Assembly: GCA_030704615.1 (NCBI GenBank)
Contig: CM060734.1
Location: 1,364,001-1,428,000 of the forward strand
Direction of reading: 5' to 3'
Length of the DNA stretch: 64,000 nucleotides
DNA from: Takakia lepidozioides
Lineage: Eukaryota; Plantae; Bryophyta
The notes under the pieces were generated by a model. It had not been told where the DNA came from. It saw only the letters and a list, made by a program, of their open reading frames with translations, and ran no database searches. A program made the translations under genes and the position numbers. Shown here piece by piece: positions 38,981-51,900 of the stretch. Numbering within the stretch: the stretch's first letter is position 1; each line of letters begins with the position of its first letter.

Positions 38981-39904
38981 CCCTTCGCTATTCGAGGCGG
39001 AAACTCCAAGATAGAAGAGTTGGAAATCTCTAAGTACTCAGCCCGCGCAGAACAATCAGTCATGACCTACAGCTAGTGTATCATGGGGGTGTTTCCTATT
39101 TGTTTCCCTTTTGGTATTCATGTTAGCTATCTTATCATTGATAATTAAGTATCAGTTTGCTTTATCAATCTATTGGATTCCATTAGCTCATCCATTCATT
39201 TCACAGCTTCACTCAGATCTCTCTACACAATGTGATTGTATCGTAAAAGTATCCGATTATGATTTATCAGGTATCAGGCCGAAGCCATTGTGTCTCTAAT
39301 CTGCTCTACAATATCATCATCTCTCTATCTTCACTTCCGTTCCTCATCTCTGCCCGATCCCCTCTCCTCTATCACCAAGAAGTCCTCCTCCGAATGATCC
39401 CTCAATTCCTCGTTTCTCCCTTTATCTTCCTATCCGCGGTTCTAACCGTTTCCCTCACTAACCGTCGTCTGTGAACTAACATGTTCCCTTCGCAGGTGTT
39501 GTTCCCCACAGTCGTTCCCTGTCCTACTCTTCGTTCCCTATGATCGTGACAGCTGTGTCAAGCTGTGACTGGCTGTGTGAAACTGTGACGGGCTGTGACT
39601 GGCTGTGCGACTGTGTTTGGCTGTGTCGGGCTGTGACTGGCTGTGTGGCTGTGCCAGGCTGTGTCGGCTGTGTCGGCTGTGTCTGTTGTGACGACTGTGA
39701 CGGGCTGTGTTGGCTGTGTGGGCTGTGACGACTGTGACGGCTGTGTTGGCTGTGTCGGCTGTGACGACTGTGACGGCTGTGTAACCCCCTTCTACAGTGC
39801 GCTGCTGTCACCCCTAAGGCTCCTGTTGGTCTCAGTCTGTGCAAAAATTAAGGGTACCCTACAGATCCCTTATAAGTGTCTAAGTCCCCGACAGTCCTCT
39901 AACA
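38960..39904 (-). repeat. 5' LTR of copy D
   Basis: Direct repeat of 26860-27776; followed by the PBS on the minus strand. Confidence 0.95.
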
Positions 39905-39992
39905 AGTAAGACTTACCTTCATATATAGAATTAATCTAGGTTTTCCAGATATCCTCTAAACTGTTGTGTGTGATTTGCCCAATAACTAGGCC

Positions 39993-40480
39993 TCAGGAGG
40001 GCTTGGGCTTTTGGCTCAGCCTTAAGACTTTCAAAGTTGGTAAACAGAGGTACAGGCACAATTCCTTGATAGATTTGAAGAGAGCGTCTCTTTGGTGAGA
40101 GAACCCCGGACAGTGTATCAGAAAATGAATATTGTCTTCAGATTGCCCACACAACGGGCAGTTGCACTCTCCCTTTCCTCTCTGCTTCTGTTTGCTGTTC
40201 AAAGGTAGGCTTCCTGCCTTGAGTTTAAATTTCAGTCTAGTGCCGAGAGTGGGTAGACCCTTGAGGTCATCCAAGATGTCCTCCCCCATGTCACTGACTG
40301 GAAACAAGTTCACGGAAGTTTTCTGCCTAACTTCATTTTCATCAGACAATCTCATGGCAACAGACATGGCTTTGGACACTACAGCCTCTAAGTCAGATTT
40401 ATCAACCCATATTGTAGATCCGTACTCCAAGGCAGGTCTAATAATGCGACAAAGCATGGTTTTCTTAACCTCAGAGTTGA
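39993..40480 (-). mobile_element. Internally deleted LINE C-terminal fragment (RTE-X/L2-like, not L1)
   Basis: IIRPALEYGSTIW post-RT motif and CPLCGQSEDNIHFLIHCP Zn knuckle. Confidence 0.65.
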
Positions 40481-42363
40481 CCTCTCTGCAGAAAAAATTA
40501 AAAAGAGAGAGGGAGAGGGAAGATACTTTTTGTCATGTCAAGACAAAGACAGGACCCCTAGGGTCGTTGTCATGAAAGAATAAATAGACATATCAGCCAC
40601 TTAACAGTGGCACCATCCATCAACCATCAAGCTTAGAAAATCCAGAATTACATCCATGCACAGTAATGTGTTCATGTCAGTATGATTCATAATCCAGAGA
40701 GTATGCCACTGATGCTGATTGACCACCAGTCAAGATCATGATACACTTACATAGGTCTAGGTGGGATGGCGGGTACTTGGCCATATTTTGGCCTTGATGT
40801 GGTGCAGGTCACATAGTCATACAGATTTACTGTCTGCAAGCTGTAATCCAAGCATACTTACTAAAACCCCATGGGTATCATGGAGGTTTTTCCTGAAATA
40901 GAAAGGAACACTTGGATATCATAGATTTAAATACCTTGCCTTGCGAGTATTTGTTTAGACTGGTGTGCAGTACAGCTTGCCCCCACAGGGGATGTGGATA
41001 TGTCTGGTAAGTGTTCCAGAACACCCCTATACCTTTATTTCTTGCTACAGCTGAAAATCAAAGCTCATGACAAAGCAAGGTAAATATAAAGGACTACATA
41101 CACATCCTGTGACAGTATATGGTACTGTCAGTACACCCTTCACATCATTCCACATTTGACCATGTCATTACACCATGTCCAGGGGGTATTTCCACTTGAC
41201 CACCCTGGCTGCTCAAAAACCACTTACCATTTATATTACTGCCATATTTCAATGTCAGCCGAAATAGCCACAAGCAGAAACTTCACCATACCCTGGCCTA
41301 AGCATCTAGCTAACAAAGCCATCTGGGTTGGAACATAACAGGGGTCTTTTACCAACAGAGGTACCCGAGTAGCTGCAGCAAACAGTTCCTTGCAGCCTCT
41401 CAATTTGTTTCCAACTACCATAAGGTAAGCAAAACAAACTAGGGCCTGGAAAACAGATGTGTGTCTCTCACACAAGCCATCATAAACCCGGCTGTCACAT
41501 CATAGCAGAGGTTTTCCACTGGCTGGGCCGAACTAGCCCATCGTAGAAAGCATTATACTTGTTCTTCAAAAATCAAGGAAGGAAAGAGGCAGGATCAAGA
41601 AAAACCATAGAGTAGTTTAGTTTTTCAACATTTTAGGATGAGTCCTTGGCAAACGATTCCTTCCCCTGCTCTGCAATCCCACTTGACATCCAGCAGCACC
41701 TAGACATCAGAATATTAAGTGGAAGCCCTCACTTGTGCCCGTCCCAAAAACAACCACAACGCATTGTGAGTTAGTGAGGATGCACGAGGTGAGTAGCAGG
41801 CTTCCACACTTGTTATCGAGGTCAAATACACTTCAATCTAAGCGCAGAGAATGCCAAAGGAAACAAGGAAGCAAAATCAACAGAAAAATAATATTTTTTA
41901 CTGGAGGTTAGCTATTTCATGAGCGTGAGCGGCATGAGCGGAGTAGCAAGACAATCGGTTTTCATGAACAGAAGTACAAATTTTGGAAATAAAAAACATT
42001 TAAAAAACATTATTTTTAATGGAATGTGTCAGAAAAAAAAAAACCAATATAATATTCATTGTTTGAAGTAAAAATTGTAGTTTTGAGAGCCGTGCTCATG
42101 ATATTACGTCTTCCACTCATGCGAATTCCGAGCGATATCTGCAAAAATGGCGCCGAATTTCGCAGTAATAGGTTCCGCAACCGGAGAAATCTGCGACGTA
42201 TTTCGCGGTAATAGGTGTCTCCGGCGAAAAATGGTGCTGAATTTCGCGGCTATAGGTCCCAACATGGCAGGTGTGTAAGCCCAAAATTTGGAAATGTGGC
42301 GCCGAATTTCGGTACATGGTGCCGGGGATTGCATAGATGTTGGGCAGTTCTTGGGCCATGTAA

Positions 42364-42639
42364 CTAGAGATTCGGCGCCATTTTTTCAGACATCGGACTT
42401 GCGGTACTCGACGAGACCTCCTCAGGCAACATCACGGGACCACGAGGGAGCATGCGAATATTCTTGTCAGCTCGCCATGAATCCTCTTCTCCGCCAAGTG
42501 CCTCATCACGTCTTCGTCTCACTGGACGGGTGTGAACATCTCCTTCCAAGTGTTGGCCACTTCGAAGCAATGGCGTGTCCCGAAGGCCCTCTCGCAAGGC
42601 TGCCGCCCACTTGCGAGGATTCTTTGATCTGGAGGCAGT
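42364..42639 (-). pseudogene. C-terminal piece of the MULE-2 transposase
   Basis: ASRSKNPRKWAAALREGLRDTPLLRSGQHLEG aligns with MULE-1 ASRSGVPSKMARALNRCTEGSPLQSRIPHLEG. Confidence 0.85.
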
Positions 42640-45600
42640 TGTCAAGTTATTTTACCACTAGTGTGAAACTAGCTAGGAAATAGCTAGCTTTTACATATTG
42701 ACATTTGGGATTGGCCCAAGTGTCAATCCAGGGGTCAAGGCAGATTTAGGCCCTGGAGTGGTTATCTTCACGGCAAGCGCGGAAGGCTCATCTTTCTCGA
42801 GTTGAGCCTCACCGCGCCTAGCTATGGCGCCGTAGTGTGGATTCCCCATGGCGTGGGGTGCACTTGGCTTGACTTGTATTTGAGTGATGAGGTTATATAT
42901 GCATGAGTTTATGCTTCAGATTTGTGAGCTCGTGCTTGTATTCTTCTTCTTTATCACTCGAGAAAGATGAGCTCGTATTTTTGTGAGTGCCAGATACGAG
43001 TTAGTTGTAGCACTTGTGGTTTTTGCTTGAGAATGAGAGAAACCAAGTTGTTATGCAAGGAGCACCGTGGAGCTCTTGGTTGTTAGAAGCGGAGGCGATG
43101 TGGGTTACAAGGTGGTAGACCTTGGCATTCGATCTTCAGCTTCAGAGATGAAAGCACCATGCTGCAGGTAATTCCAGAGCACCTTGATGGTTTCAGATTG
43201 TGTACATGCATGAGCAAGCACGATTGGGAAGAGGACCAGTCAAGAGCAGGTTATAGTGGCTTTGGTGGCAAAGCTGAGAACTGGACTTGGGAATGCGAGC
43301 TTTCATTGTGTGAAGGATTGCAAGACCAAGCGAAAGGGCTGATTTGGCTTGGGGCAAATCAGTGCACTTTGTGGAGTATGGTGAGATTGGGTTTCAATCT
43401 CGAGCTCCAGCATTGAGAGGGCTCTTGTCATGGCAAGAACAGGGCTGGAACAGGAGCTAAGAGGTACGGCAAGGCCATGGAATGTGCACCTAGGGTTTCA
43501 GAGCTTGGAAGAAGAGCTCTTGCACCACAAGAGAAGTGTCTTGTGGCTGGAAATGTAAGCCTTAGGGTTTCAGGAGCTTGGCAAAGGCTGTGGAGTGCTT
43601 AGTCTTGTCTTAGAGAGCATCAAGGAGCCAAGGAGCCAAGATAGGGGGCTGATATCTCTTGTGTGAAGATGTTGCATGTGTGGAGCATGTATTCAGCTCA
43701 TTGAAGCTTCCATCTTCAAGCTTGGAGGGCAAGCAAGGAAGAGGGAAGGGCTGACTTCCCTTATGTGAGGGCAATGCATGTGTGGAGCATGCTATCAGCC
43801 TGGTGAAGGCTTGCACTTTCAGGTGTGGGAGTGCAAGAAAAGAAGGAAGGGGCTGGTTTCCCTGTAGGGCATGTGGAGCATGCTTTCAGCCTGCTGAAGC
43901 TTGTATTTTCAGGTTTGTGGGTGCAAGAAATGAAGCAAAGGAGCTGATTCTCTTATGGTGAGAGTGGGGCATGTGTGGAGCATGCCTTCAGCCCATTGAG
44001 GCTCTTGTTTTCAAGCTTTAGAGAGCTAGAACGGAAGGTCTAGGGCTGGTTTCCACTTGGAGTGAAAGAAAAGCACTTGTAGGGCCTATGTGAGTTGGGG
44101 TTTCAACTTCAAGCTTGAAGGGAGCGCAACTCTTGAAGCAGCAGGTGTAGGGGCTGGAATAGGCTCTAAGATAGATGGTATGGCCAAGGAGAGTGCTTGA
44201 ATGAGTGCTCACAAGGGTTGGGAACCAGCAGGGCTTGGTTGTTTGCCATTGAGTTTAGTGGCGTGTTTGGGGAGGCTAAGTGAGAAAGAAGGCTTGGTTT
44301 GTGGCAACCACCTCATGGCTTAGGGCTACTATGGTGTGTGTGGGAGCCGAAAGAGCAAGAATACCTTGCTGATTTCCTCACAACCACCATAGCTCGGTGG
44401 AAAGAAGCCTAGAGTCCAAGAGACACAAACCCTAGCTTGGCGTGGCTAAACCCCTTGGAGAAATGGCTAAACTGCCAGAGCGGCCATGGATGGGGCTGTG
44501 ACGGGCTGTGCCGGTGGCCTTTTGGGGCTGTGATGGGCTGTGAGGGGCTGTGACAGGCTGTGCCGGTGGCCTTTGGGGCTGTGAGGGGCTGTGACAAGCC
44601 GTGCCTGAGCCTTTGGGGCTGTTGAGGGGCTGTGTCAGGCCGTGCCTGAGCCTTTGGGGCTGTGAGGGGCTGTGACAGAGCCGTACCTGAGGCCTTTGGG
44701 GCTGTGAGGGGCTGTGTCAGGCCGTGCCTGAGGCCTTTGGGGCTGTGAGGGGCTGTGGCGAGCTGTGACGGGCTGTGAGGGGCTATGCCAGTGGCCTGTG
44801 GGGCTGTGACGGGCTGTGCGGGGCTGTGACAGGCTATGCCTAGTGGCCTGTGGGGCTGTGACGGGCTGTGCGGGGCTATGACAGGCTGTGCCCAGTGGCC
44901 TTTGGGGTGTGAGGGGCTGTGACAAGCCGTGCCTGAGGCCTTTGGGGCTGTGACGGGCTGTGAGAGGCTATGTCAGGCCGTGCCTGAGGCCTTTGGGGCT
45001 GTGACGGGCTGTGCGGGGCTGTGACAGGCTGTGGCGAGCTGTGACGGGCTATGAGGGGCTGTGACAGGCTGTGCCCAGTGGCCTGTGGGACTGTGACGGC
45101 TGTGACCAGTGAGCTGTGTGGGCCTGTGCTGGTCTGTGGTGGCCCGTGTTGACCTGTGGACGGCCTGTGCTGACTCGTGGAGGCACTGGTGGATTGCCTA
45201 AGGACTGGCATGTGGTCTTGAAGGCCGAATTTTGAAGCTCGTGGAGGGCGGTTTTAGGAGTATCTTCATGATATTCCCATGGTCATGCAAGTGAGGGAAG
45301 AGAGGAGAGGAAGAGTGTTGGGATGAGGGCATGCTGGGGTTAGGCATTGCTTTAGCTTCTCTTCCTCGTAGTTTCCACCCTCTCATTAGGCCAAGACCTT
45401 TCCGTAGGTGGAGGCAAGAGTCAATCCGGGTTTGGGCTGGGGTGTCCTTGCAGGAGCAACGCCGGGGAGTTGTTTTTGGTGTGGGGGAGTTGTCGTTCTG
45501 ATTTCTTGTGTTTGGATCCCCTCCATACCTGCATGCTTCACTGTGCGCCATGTTAGTTTTGTGTGGGCGCTTGTTTTTATAGGTGATTGGTCCGGATTTG

Positions 45601-48220
45601 ATCACCGGCCAGTCCTAGAACATGCTGTCGATGGTGAGGCTGGGGTGATGACCAGCCAGACCATCATTGTTTCTCCTGTGGTGAGGTTGGAACCTCAACA
45701 TGCTCAAGGCAATAAGGGGGCTCAGGTGAAGCTCAAGGAAGGGCAGAGAGGACCTCAGATGCAGGGGTCTCTCCCTTCATTTGCTGGCCAACAACGGGCA
45801 GATGTGGTGTGCTGGACATGTGGAGGACCCCATGTCAAGAAGGATTGCCCAGAGGGAGGCAAAGGGCCGGCACATGCACAGCCTGCATAGTTGCAGTGTA
45901 GGCATTGTAGCAAGCACGGGCATGGAGAGGCCCAGTGTTATGGTTTGCATCCTGAGTTGCACCCAGGCCAATTCCAAGGGAACAATGGTGGCCGGGGGCG
46001 AGGTGGAGCAGCCCAGAGAGGACGAGGTGGCCAGCCACGAGGTGCAGGCCAAGGGCAAGCTCAACATGGCCAAGGACGCGGAGGTCAAGGTGTTGACTAA
46101 GGCATGGTCAACCGGCTTCAGCAGCTAGAGCAGAGGCTTGCTGTCATGGCTACAGCTCAGGTGGTACCGGCTCTAAGGCCGGATGGTCCACCTCCTGCTC
46201 TTGAGGGAGGAGATATGGGAGGCATGGGATTCATGTGTGGAGCAGCACTACCACTAGTGCAGGTGGAGTCTGCTGCAGCCGTGACTCGAGGAGCAGCACG
46301 AGTTCCTGAGCCACGAGGTGCAGAGGTGGAGTTGGATCCAGAGCGTGAGGAGGCAAGCCGTCAGGCTAGGCTTCCTCAGTCATTCACATTGGCGGAGACA
46401 GTGTCGACGCCATCCATGGCACCTAGTTCTCGCCGACTGTTACCGAGGTGGAGGTTACTATGCCATTGGGGAGAGCTACACGGGTAGCACCACTACCTAG
46501 TGTCGCCAAGGCTACGGCAGCTAGTGTGCTGCTAGGAGCAGCCACATCTGTGTGTCAAGCTCCATTGTTCTCGGCTACCATGATTGCGACGCCGGGGGTA
46601 AGACCAGCTGAGGTGTTTAGGCTCGCAGCTACACTCTGTGAGAGTGGGGAGGTTACTTCATCTTCTGCGGAGATACTGGGAGGTGTAGTGCCAGAGGGAT
46701 CCTCGGATTTGAGGGTCAAGACTGCCACGACGGCGCCATGGCAAGCTGCAGCTGCCAGGTTGATGCAGCTGCCAGCTAGGCCAGCCATTGAGCGCGCCAT
46801 GGTGACACCTGGAGTTGTCATGTTAGACAACCAGGATGGCATTTTCTGTTTGAGTGGACCGGCAGGCAAGAGGTACCGGCCACTGCGGGTCTTGTTGGAC
46901 TCGGGAGCTCAGCCACTGATGCTGGGCAGAGCTGCTATTGCAGGCTTGGGCCTCACGGAGGCGGATATGGAGCCTTGTCCTTTCCAGATACAGACGTCTC
47001 TGGGAGGATCGGAGCAAGCTCGAGGCATGACACGGCGTGAGTTGGCTATCAGACTACGGCCGGATCACCCTACAGATGGCTCAGTGATGCGAGCAAAGGC
47101 CATTGTGACAGACGCGGTCTCATACGATGTCCTGGTTGGTGGGGCAGTGTTGTACCCCATGGGCTTCACCCTGGATTTTGGGAGGAGTCAGCTTCCTATA
47201 GGCCTGCATGGCAGTCAGGGGAGGGCCGGCGTGTGCAGCTCCCTGTGACGTTCATAGGAGGAGTTGCGGTTGCCCAGCGAGGCAAGATGCCGACACTAGC
47301 AGCATTCACAACGGCAGCGAGTTGGCCTGGAGAGTTGCTTGAGGGCAACGCTCATTCAGAGGATGTGCCACCTCTGGGAGAGCAGGATGACATGTATGGT
47401 ATGGCGGAGTTGCCTACCATGGTTGCTCAGACTCCATTGTGGGGCACGAGCAAGGATTTGCAGCGGGATGCTGATTGACGGGTGCAACAAGCCTAGGTGA
47501 AGGCTTTTGTACCGTCAGGAGAGGAGGAGAGTGCGGGGATTGCACCAGGACCACCTCGGTTGTCTCCATTGGACACCACACCTATTGTGTGGCAGTATCC
47601 GGATGAAGACATTTGTCTTCTAGACTTGTTTGGCGGGATCAGCACCGGATTGGCTGCGGTGTTACAGGAAGGTGTACGAGTTCGGCGTTACCTGTATGTG
47701 GAGAGGGATGAGACTGCACGACGCGTTTCACTTCCCCATGTTGCTCAGTTGGTGCAGCGGGGTACCTGAATTGTTGTCGGTGTCTGCAATTCGTGGATAT
47801 CAGCAGGCAGGATTTGGAGCGGGTCATTTGGATCTGGTAGTGGCAGGTTGGCCTGCCAAGGGCATTTCATCAGCCGGGCATGGCAATGGATTGCGAGACT
47901 TGAGTCGGTGTCTGTTTGGGAGATGTGCGGGTTTTGCGCCACTTGCAGCTTCCATCAAGCTTATATCCAGCATACATCTTGGAGATGTGCCAATGATGGG
48001 CGATTCTCGGGCCAGGGTGAGGCCAGTGTGCATCAGTACGGTCATGGCTTGGGTCAGCAGTGTGTTTGACTAGATGCAGCTATAGTGGGGTCACGGGCTC
48101 ATCACGTCCATCGGCTATGGTGGACTAACTTGATGCAACCCGCACTGCTCAAGCGTGCACTTGATGGGTGCAGCGGCCAGCACATCTCACACGTGGATCC
48201 ATTTTGGACACAGGAGGCAG
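42640..48220 (+). mobile_element. Partial degraded copy (A) of the DNMT-gypsy element: 3-kb leader, gag with N-terminal deletion, protease, partial DNMT
   Basis: Inverted repeat of 59483 to about 52720; lacks the equivalent of about 55280-56410; stops and frameshifts; retains LLDSGAQ and LDLFGGISTG. Confidence 0.92.
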
Positions 48221-48528
48221 AAGAAGAATACAAGCACGAGCTCACAAAGCTGAAGCATAAACTCATGCATATATAACCTCATCACTCAAATACAAGTCAA
48301 GCCAAGTGCACCCCACGCCATGGGGAATCCACACTACGGCGCCATAGCTAGGCGCGGTGAGGCTCAACTCGAGAAAGATGAGCCTCCGCGCTTGCCGTGA
48401 AGATAACCACTCCAGGGCCTAAATCTGCCTTGACCCCTGGATTGACACTTGGGCCAATCCCAAATGTCAATATGTAAAAGCTAGCTATTTCCTAGCTAGT
48501 TTCACACTAGTGGTAAAATAACTTGACA
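48221..48528 (-). repeat. Third, truncated copy of the element's 5' end (TGTCAAG...)
   Basis: Matches about 59175-59483 and the reverse complement of about 42640-42948. Confidence 0.92.
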
Positions 48529-48530
48529 GC

Positions 48531-48719
48531 TGTCGTGCGCATACATATCGCTACACAACTACATCGCTGTCCAAAACCACACAACACATGTGCACACCAC
48601 ACACTAGTATACCACTAGTCCACCACTAGTCCAGCCACTAGTCCAACCACTAGGCTACAACTAGTCAGTCACTAGGCTGCCACTATGCTGCCCACTATGG
48701 CAGTCACTAGTCCACACAA
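48531..48719 (-). repeat. 189-bp LTR-like 3' terminal segment (TGTGTGG...CGACA)
   Basis: TG...CA ends; follows the PPT; CCACTAG subrepeats; second copy in opposite orientation at 59485-59672. Confidence 0.88.
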
Positions 48720-48978
48720 TCGCCCCCCTAGCTGGTGCTTAGGTCCCTCTAAGTCCAGGTAGCCACAAGATGTGATAGTGACCATAGCCTCACTAAGTCC
48801 TCCACCACTATCCCTACTACACTCAAACTCGATAGATCAAGAGGCCGGGTGCAAGAGTTGCCCCATCGTTAGTCGCCGTCTTGCAACCTGTGAACTTGAG
48901 CTTGGGATCTCATGTATTGACTCCTATGAGCTTGGCCTCCCATGTCTTGTTAGCTGCCTCCAGTCATGTCCACTGCCA

Positions 48979-51900
48979 CTATCCCAAGCAGTGTGGACAC
49001 AACCAATCTCCGTCAGGAACCTTCTCAAGAGGTGGTGTCAAGCATCCCATATGCCAACCCCTTGAGCATCGATCACACACCAGCATGGTGGCTGCCCCTT
49101 TGGCAGACCCACAGAGCATGCACCTCAAACCTGCAGGTACCACTGCCAAGTTTGGGTCAACTCTGCCATCGACATTGGGAAGGTGACATGGCGCACAATT
49201 ACGCACATGGTCCTTCCAAGTCATGCCATCCCGACCCTCCAAGATCAGGACCCCTGAGGGCAACACCTCTCGAACCCTCAGAATAACACGCCCTGCAGTA
49301 ACATCCAGAGTCGTAGGAGCAGTCTGCTGCAAATAAACATAGTCACCAGGGCTAAACCTCCGAACCCCAGGACGATATCCTCCACCACGTATAGTGGCAT
49401 ACCTCAACGTATCACGGTGCTGTGCAATGGCAAGGTTCTCAAAAGCCATGGGCATGACTTTCTTGAACAACTCTGCACGCTGATCACATGCACGTACCCA
49501 CACGTCCGGATCGTCAAGGTTAAGGACTTGAGCAGTGTCCCTACGAATGGCTGCAGGCAAATCCGGCTCTCGGCCAAAGAGAAGGAAATATGGTGAGAAG
49601 GAGGCAAGTGATGCTTGTTTGCTGAACCTGTAGCCCATGGCTAACCAAGGAACCTGAAGATCCCAATCTCCTAGGTGTCCCTTCTGCAAGCCATACTTGC
49701 GCAAACCCCTCTTCACCGTCTGAACAACTCTCTCTGCTAAGCCATCGGCCTCAGGATGATCCCGAGAAGTGGTGCGGTGGTCTATCAAGGCTTTATCACA
49801 CAAAGCCTGAAACTCCCCCAAGAACTCTCTCCCTTGGTCCGTGAGTACCTCAGCTGGAGCACCAAATCGGCTAAGCACACGATCCAAGAATGCATACGCA
49901 GCCCCCTCACTAGCCTTGTCAGGCAATGGAACCAACTCAATCCACTTGGAGAAGTGCTCCACCATCACCAACACATATCTGTGGTGGCGCATAGTCAGTG
50001 GCAACGGTCCTGCGAAGTCAAGACTCCACCTGTAGCCCAATCCCATGATTGGTAAAGGATGCAACTGTGGTGTAGGGGCGTTGAATGAAGCACGCACCCT
50101 GTCACACACCATGCACCTAGCCACGAACTGTTGCACCTCTGTATGCATACCACGCCACCAATACTGCCCCTGCAGTAAACTGTGAGTGCGTCGCACTCCA
50201 AAATGCCCCAACTCCTCATGGGCATGCCGCACTAACCGTGCACGCTGTGTGGGGTGAGGCACAATCCTCACCCGACCATCCTCCCACACTCGAAGTAGGT
50301 GTATCCCCTCCCACTTGAACCTCTTGGCTCGTTGCAGGATCCGATCCCTCTCCCTGGCAGTCACAGTGGCTGCCGTGTCTCCCGTGCGGAGGTAGTCCAA
50401 CACAGCCGAATCCTCATGTATATCTCTGGCACCACCTGGCTCATCACTAGCCTCAGGGTCCTCAGACACTCCGTCTACAGTCATCCCTGTTGTAGGTCCA
50501 ACCTGACCTCCCGATGCCAAGATACACAAAAATGCAGATGCGTGCCATCCCGGCACCATCTCCTCGTCCGTCTCACCATGCCACCGAGCTCCAGTGTCAT
50601 CCTGCTGGCTCATGCATGGATTGCGACTCAATCCATCCGCATCCCGATTGACCAAACCCGGTCGATGCACAACCTGAAAGTCATACTCCTGGAGTATGAG
50701 TGCCCACCGTGCAAGCTTCCCCGTAAGCTTGTCTGACTCCATCAACCACTTGAGTGGCTGGTGATCCGTGACAAGGGTGAAAAGATTGCCGTATAGATAG
50801 CACCTGAAGTGTGCCACGGCCCACACTGCAGCTAAGCACTCTCCCTCATATGAGCTGTACTTAGCCTCTGCAGCGTTGTTCGAGCGGCTAGCATAAGCCA
50901 CTACGAACTCTCTTCCCTCATCATCCACCTGTGTGAGCACCGCTCCAAGCCCCAGCATGCTCCAATCCGTATGCAGCTGAAAGGGACGCCCCCTGATAGG
51001 TCGTCTCAGGATAGGCGCCGAGGTCAACCTCGCCTTGAGCTCTTGAAAAGCTCGTTCCTGCTCATCTTCCCACTGCCACTCCTGGTCCACCTTGGTCAGC
51101 TTGGTTAGAGCCTTTGCAATGGTACTAAATCCCTTGACAAACCGTCTATAATAGTTTGCCAACCCCATGAAAGCTCGAACTCGGCTCACATCCGTGGGGC
51201 GTGGAATTTGTGCAATGGCCTCTACCTTAGTCTGCTGTACCCCCAATCCTCCAGGATATATCATGTGACCCAGATACTCAATCTGGTTGTGGAAAAACTT
51301 GCACTTCCCCGGATGCAACTTCAATCCGTGCGCTCTCAAGCGCTCCAATACCACCTGAAGGTGTCTCTCATGCTCCTCCATCGTAACACTAAAGATGATG
51401 ATGTCATCTATGTAGCACCGAGCAAAGTCCACCCCTGCTAGAATCCTATCCATGACTCTCTGAAACTCTGCAGGAGCATTCTTAAGCCCAAATGGTAAGA
51501 ACCGCCACTGATATAGGCAATCCTTGCCGTGCTCATTGATCCCCCAGAATGTCGTCTTCTGCTTGTCCGCCTCCTTGATTGGCAACTGGTGATATCCGGA
51601 TCGTAAATCCAAAGTGCTAAAGGCCTTAGCATGCCCGATGGCATCAAAGATCTCCTCTGGTGTTGGCATGGCATACTTATCGGACTTGGTCTGACGATTT
51701 ACAGGCCGGTAATCACCGCACATACGTCTCTCCGTCCAATTGCCATAGACATCCTTCTTGGCTGGCATCACTGTGGCTGAAGCATACTCTCCACCAGAGA
51801 GCTCCACCAAACCTGCCTCCCAGAGATCTTGAGTCCTCATCTGAATCAAAGACCTCTCCATGTCACTGTATCTATAGGGTCTCCGAAAGATTGGCGTGTC

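Larger units (their letters stand above)
26860..39904 (-). mobile_element. Full-length non-chromovirus Ty3/gypsy LTR retrotransposon (copy D), 13.0 kb
   Basis: LTRs 38960-39904 and 26860-27776 with TG...CA ends; TSD AGTAA at 26855-26859 and 39905-39909; PBS 38942-38957; PPT GAGGGGGAAGGGTAA at 27777-27791. Confidence 0.96.

Noticed and set aside
40560-41900. Possible host gene exons
   Set aside because: Only short ORFs and isolated splice-like signals; no recognisable product.
44400-45210. Ser/Pro/His/Thr-rich ORFs (also 27428-27718, 39524-39844, 56859-57691)
   Set aside because: Translations of CACAGCC repeats.
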